Shown here: one piece after another, positions 62,701-64,000 of the stretch
Position numbering within the stretch: the stretch's first letter is position 1
Layout: each line of letters begins with the position of its first letter
Assembly (NCBI GenBank): GCA_903856085.1
Contig: CAIOAT010000044.1
Location: 25,402 to 89,401, forward strand
From: Candidatus Omnitrophota bacterium
GTDB lineage: Bacteria; Omnitrophota; Omnitrophia; Omnitrophales; Aquincolibacteriaceae
Reading direction: 5' to 3'
Length of the DNA stretch: 64,000 nucleotides
Notes under the pieces: model-generated
The model's database searches: none
What the model saw: the letters and a program-made list of their open reading frames with translations, nothing else
What the model was told of the DNA's origin: nothing
Translations under genes and position numbers: made by a program

Positions 62701-64000
62701 ATGAAAAACCATTTTTACTTCCGCAAGAAAATAGATTTCCGATTGGGCTCGATGGTGAAGCGCTCGGGATCATGGAAGCGCTTTCAGTTCGAACGGTTCC
62801 GGATCCGAAGGCTCCGCCCAAAGAACAAGCCACTCAGCAACGGATCATTCATGATAATCAGGTCATGCTGGCGAATATCACGAGCGTCGTGGCGGATCAG
62901 CATAACCTGACCCAGACCCTGGGGGATGAATTGGGTCCGCGATGGTTGGATCCGTTGAAGGAAATAGCCCAATTAAATACTAAAAACAGGATTTTGGAGC
63001 GGCTTCTGCTGCGTCCCGGCGAATCACTGGATACTGTCTCAAGAGAAGAACTTCTTCGCAGGCTGAAGGCCTCCTGGTCGCAGGACTGGTTGCCGACTTA
63101 CAGGACATCCCCGTCGGTAACTGATCAAATGAAAGATTCCGGGATCAATCTTAGGGAGATCGGCCTGCTTGATTTTATCGCCCGTCACGTTGATATGATG
63201 CTCAGTAGCGAAAAATTCAGTCAGGAGACCGGGATCAATACTCCGCAGCAAGCGACCGAATTCATCAAGACGGTTTTTGAGTCGTTGCCGGAAGCCAAGG
63301 CTATTCTTGACGAACAATACCGGTCACTCAAGGCTCCTGCCAAGGGGGCCAGTGACAAACGAGGTATTCCTCTCAATATTAATGATCCTAATGAATTTGG
63401 AATGATCTGGGGTGTGGTGTTCTATTCCAGGCTGGAAGTCGCCAAAGCTGAAAAGGAAATTGCAAAAATATCTGCGGTCCTAAAGACGCGTACGCTTGAA
63501 GAAAGTGAAAGCCAAAGGCTGAACGAATTACGAGCACGGATCCATGATCTTAAGGCCTTGAAGTTCAGTGATAAGGAGAGAAAGCTTCTTGAGGAAAAAT
63601 TTCCGGGGTATTCGCTGAATAAACGCTGGCGCGATGTCATGGATTTCCGTCTGAATCGCGACAAGCAGGATGCCGGCTATGAACTTGCCAGATTGTTCCG
63701 ATCGATCGCGGAAGGGAAATTTGATCCTGTGACGGGCGTTGTCACTTTGAAACAAATCCAGGCTGACAAGATGTCGGAAGATGCCCGGACGCTGGCGATC
63801 CAATCTTGGCTGAAGCTTTCGGGGGTCGATCAGAACGATTGGACCAAAGTCGCCTATGTGACGGGCCGGCTTGTGAGTTTGTTTGCGGATACCAAACAAA
63901 TGCCGATCCCGACGAGTCAGGACATCGAAAACTATCCCGGATTGGCAAAAGCTGCTGAGGCCACTGACCGGTTGGCAAAGCATAGAATTTCGCTCAGCAA
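50715..64000 (+). CDS. Giant protein, at least 4428 aa, 3'-truncated by window: signal peptide, QDAH/GGFH N-domain, TM hairpins, PAE-rich linker, tandem TolC/OEP-like repeats
   Basis: Hand translation from ATG 50715 (MISWQQPMIKPWLRTVACLTAFVFFFTSVV...AYA); all segments I translated are open, and the ORF track lists no stop-terminated ORF in this frame; N-domain is homologous to giant gene 1. Confidence 0.9.
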   Translation, partial: MISWQQPMIKPWLRTVACLTAFVFLFTSVVWDGGVKAYAAASNSVSVTPIETFKANAASSLIDRPDLPDSYGTIKGTFKGSRDQIVLHIQDAHVNDEAQRNIAHILQYFSEKYQLGLVSLEGASGELYPELFSFFPNKQARQNVADYFLKEGRLTGPEYLAIVEKPAMTLYGVEDKELYEENRKAYVDALQFKDRDEKILAELNKVLEGISRFVFPEEMRELVRRRAAFQEGGPELVSYVRYLVELARKHNIALDEYPGMHSLIKLVDLEKQVDFDKAEKETDALINDLKHVLTHEKLSRFLTNTVHFRMKKMKRAAYYGYLQDEIQGVSVAQSGGEELTTKYANVMAYVEYMKLYDAIDVSIFDEIDFLEKTVKNKLFTNPEQVQLDHILRIYDIYCKMFDFTLTKQDAEFYYTYQNEFKSETFVSFLTPLMSKYHFTYGLPSQVKTLDQDLPRVERFYKAALERDQVLIERAVEKTLASGQKISAIVTGGFHTPGIEKYLREKDISYIVVAPRITKTIDKKKESALYDAALRQAPLSIEKVLTETFLQPKTGVLNDPRFQLQAWLAISPKGEFDFKSDVALFFPLTAATNIFEVVNAAREQARQEGKSLSNEQITPLVASEIERMKKDAARDLSGGDLSKVEALLSMFHPEAFSGNVLWVPAGNSGDFLAFVLHGKTEKISEEPGAVRGTRQTVSFGPEEKTALSFYRVRGSFVPDAIRGMVRAEARVLATPQTGPIAVVAGPNAKQEARDREIAAQIQAIRAEARMKATKEDVRAAARVQANLPMFLDFIKAFGYKGPIDRIQAAVIRPADPKEDKPTVEFLKILSDPELKQRLQALAVFLSSLNPEELATKKLSQNELRLFLLWGAKANGLKKYPELAKILEDILAGRTPSVSQAATPAEVSAAKAPAVTTPAAIPTAATLATETADQVKARVEKEQGGYFGSYVRRGVLGWSAVGLIAGLLLGMIMPATVVAFPLVFGFVAFVLRALRAWSVKSGITVQANPKGAGWIVTSANGKKWLEGLSAPDLSTIQDKNEQRQASIDYKLQNWPAYRKMHESKIFSDDSESEAAAKAEASAKKRILQFVGIGTAVGVILGATTVLPVVATVAVSAITAGFLAAAVLKTRAEWKKQGGTQNIMKQGVFTAIGLALKIFVSMPFHLLDGFILQYFRLRINYFILGAKNQRWITNAETQAMVENARTHEADKNLSRTDRFIRTDLGYGIWVTLQASQIAALYEFFQKRAKLFVYGQLSGIVLTAAGTSLPVFAVLGVGFWGYIIVKQVLAYRAAQAKGQNLPAHWLRNRILGHLIFATIFGGLMWLGVSPPSWAVASPGTGDVATKALNLFGIPIPSFPAIPGVPHFDLLNLGAVIQTKGTIFGFLGDKVHLTFQAIASSATLNFLLAVTTQIPNKMREIMMRDTMVDMARILVPQAKNLKEAFDGLAKYGITPSNFSLSGILALSGEKQTPEWMALSAEQRAIVLKLIERDLKDRIYGMNRYDAGLALTALGRAIRENDPEGQVSIPEKLARGQGIGYRMRVNAAARREVLTSGSFWVSMVFGTFSMWVVTHEIAAIVHYAEGIDKIISSALGVDFHLFGTGIKGIEGDQLKQKEHAEMAQRGEHVAFTDRLIASGLLSSLQTSVQEVSTNFVVQPYMIAKRTADQLPAIKANLGKIADERFGFAPTKAKADFIDSAHRQIAVMEKATYWSIVGQKLEGVAHFAGSAFNALGSVLVTSARAESLPPMMVPQTEVKEGLQAEIPATKPAEVAAVAPVLPAPEAPRVSVEAPAEVTKPAEVAVVAPVQPAPEVPKAEVKEAPAVPETALKLEMPSPSLRPLTDVQPAPEAPKVSVEAPAEVANPKTVAQPALPTKIFEISRENVREGAKGAERIAAKTIVLTLKAEDMEALIREGKALAFSYKDNGFWKAKTKIPRALNDPEVTHFSIGNDVYKIGLPTTVVGVQATPKAVTSSTSVKAPQPVAAKQSPAQKIGLAAAAAGPVAAASELFVSALEPASAKFTTMDLPMPTTGIRDILITAMKDNPMSRQAGVEKGIKDKTVESFAWWYRWITLDLQVSYNFMPRDLPLYQNKSGSGPSKDVDFSLGWEDAGSGNINLGLPIYSPEGYPAEHMEAVPILDANGQPTGDTALVSRPGIPTTPLTQSQFDALRGVTFTPDGNNYVLSGYQPVLDSVVIPMGDVNITKGLLVQNLNAIAGNESFWKLFNLPAGTASQLVSDPAYQKAMGFASYFASRYDNPLNTGDNLKTVFKGATLPQIMESMARMKATARKNLGRDFSLDNPYDAALLTYLSRADLTDQAEGTTIVREILKERDWEAKLILRFEPLNLARSRQAKISKAEAEAANADLLKTETTVLRNTTQQLYVIALANQQIADKEKLIIAFEADDAEQRAVRGVEDNSLTHTRITSELQKLKIQIIVLKTERDEAKRKVLELAGRQPGIDLGYPVEDITLKVVGDAVAQVPLSQADVQAVIERAFASLHQAVASKAALGGIDATLAVPQVTVDILRMAGIWDLGDKVAVEIRLDLSWQIKSLFESKVANALFESEAYKFASRLRGIYERHNLLERESVHTAEFIKSLENGVSAQDRLIAEIKNDSNKHYRRDLSLVQAQKDREKMQEDLDGSRLALQLIQDELRNYTKTDAQIGKLLGEFTKKDSGRAKIIQTAISAMRADVAKAWAAQDSVNRDAMIQEAQTLADRLASSEAESARVHEEILREADYNLASIRKDAKLDALNYNVSNWLRLSLSGGIGWGWGDRNEKDITLEATQWKLRADAQATAKVTLYDPTLWARGRQRQLAQDTAKKLLDRSGAELAASVSGWLNNVRRESELLNLTEATLKTKQIELKGAKDEADAELGRTTPAKDRLAVLAKSEGERQKLYSWRAKVRIASAEANVEAARIKDEAARNNLFKVMMQFKSFAFAGDKSPAAAKPIAPSKEAQPSISMSPFAPITDAAGRISESGTAQLKILAKDFDELFRSLVRETEDQTSGMGSMSTNRLRYEQLYDVNRLLMPLQSRLSLNDQEQVQKILGILKSIDPEKNASLGKELSTIGRAILTNEKLTDRQRVEKLFKAFEGKLDAKKYPALRQQLMSVRTAMLHSDEAMVNEVLKAIPGAMDPAKYPEIFKASRELRAMQAKLVARIKEIQNPKLTATEKLNRLTEPLQSYLEKQKKFQQLFQVVEQTALIDRELKDILENSKGYSEPVRLTMLTGVIRDYLAAEILYAKSDYFIKDHKPKLWREFEKTRRQISEISNIAAVEEVMRKLDSSVWEKREFAHQLGLEKWAFGVSVGYSIGFTKDGVSSTSFGVTPWWGMMPWAADKAIGWVPLLGKPITDILGVNQDGKNMQIRKYMTDMSIGVLSAEQTLRSLDITSSQFRNEYAYLVRMKQLTTGLAAAIEAWRNQHKEFLNTIGVDATEAALSGDTTMEARQLAEILKLEEKIRHINGELRNVQNRLREHGVDPETVTTEGVANGDDVRQAWRTGKGPLAGHVGGMESLGTTGGETLDDIARQSTEYQMAVLGQKVSAMEEEYTTRTHSFGDFPGVTSSGLFSDNPFDSPVRAFGQVERIDGVYDSAGTRVGTQTFDVTATDLSRTITVDLNLGEILGGFQGSVYRLRAENAGIEAERILKEKKAEIAQAIFDYETEAAAIEKMEPQDRLMVYAIVSGNQKLQATLQATRGELLQTESEIHGAAVRYMEARNTLNSKKSELLGKVGFRIEKLPDTSREEGQGLSLIGADEMLKAMTSPEKSKAFVEKLKSTGMQDPKIQTLQNELEQLSLNRRSLWSDAVTSVWFQGGYQDSALRAKAGLDRRLWGGDMWVRLHENKERQAQVRIAMEAQDNKTRHAFETYRARLKSTDAQVQLDQERLNDLMKRFPEVTQGGLVREVGIDFALDFMRELNESYRAYFFAVRTHARNQLELVQFLNQNNIDVSKVGLEWTDTAIPMLPVVPEVAKDMTAGTVEKITVGPGQEIDLDTFKQPDPAKNEKPFLLPQENRFPIGLDGEALGIMEALSVRTVPDPKAPPKEQATQQRIIHDNQVMLANITSVVADQHNLTQTLGDELGPRWLDPLKEIAQLNTKNRILERLLLRPGESLDTVSREELLRRLKASWSQDWLPTYRTSPSVTDQMKDSGINLREIGLLDFIARHVDMMLSSEKFSQETGINTPQQATEFIKTVFESLPEAKAILDEQYRSLKAPAKGASDKRGIPLNINDPNEFGMIWGVVFYSRLEVAKAEKEIAKISAVLKTRTLEESESQRLNELRARIHDLKALKFSDKERKLLEEKFPGYSLNKRWRDVMDFRLNRDKQDAGYELARLFRSIAEGKFDPVTGVVTLKQIQADKMSEDARTLAIQSWLKLSGVDQNDWTKVAYVTGRLVSLFADTKQMPIPTSQDIENYPGLAKAAEATDRLAKHRISLS
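55995..56290 (+). repeat. Imperfect intragenic tandem repeats (TKPAEVAxVAPVxPAPE / PAPEAPxVSVEAPAEV)
   Basis: Near-duplicate DNA and peptide units at about 55998, 56085 and 56229. Confidence 0.8.

Noticed and set aside
51978-63983. Many short ORFs suggesting a gene-poor or pseudogenised region
   Set aside because: They overlap one continuous + frame that the track omitted because it has no stop codon in the window

Overview
Bacterial chromosomal window in which every credible gene is on the + strand. Two PVC-superphylum signature genes and two giant genes suggest a Ca. Omnitrophota-like organism (inference). Bases 1-41.5 kb are mostly housekeeping: the end of the dcw cluster (ftsW-murG-murC-murB-ddl-ftsQ-ftsA, a divergent ftsA with no ftsZ after it), glycine cleavage genes, pcrA, peptidases, batD/batE, trpBA, ruvX, rpe, lepA/lepB, SPOR/PilZ/YajQ genes and a lipid-catabolism cluster, ending at tRNA-Ala(CGC). 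The last 22 kb holds two giant signal-peptide proteins that share a ~450-aa N-terminal domain (E/QDAH...EG...RD...GGFH, possibly a TIKI/TraB/ChaN-like protease). Giant 1 (41881-50187, 2768 aa) is a string of unrelated enzyme modules, and a recurring R-S-E-[MLV]-[RH] motif marks most module junctions, which suggests a self-processing polyprotein. Giant 2 (50715 to beyond the window end, at least 4428 aa) is missing from the ORF track because it has no stop codon. It carries hydrophobic hairpins, a Pro/Ala/Glu linker and about six tandem TolC/OEP-like repeats, equivalent to one TolC trimer in a single chain. Domain calls were made by eye, without searches.
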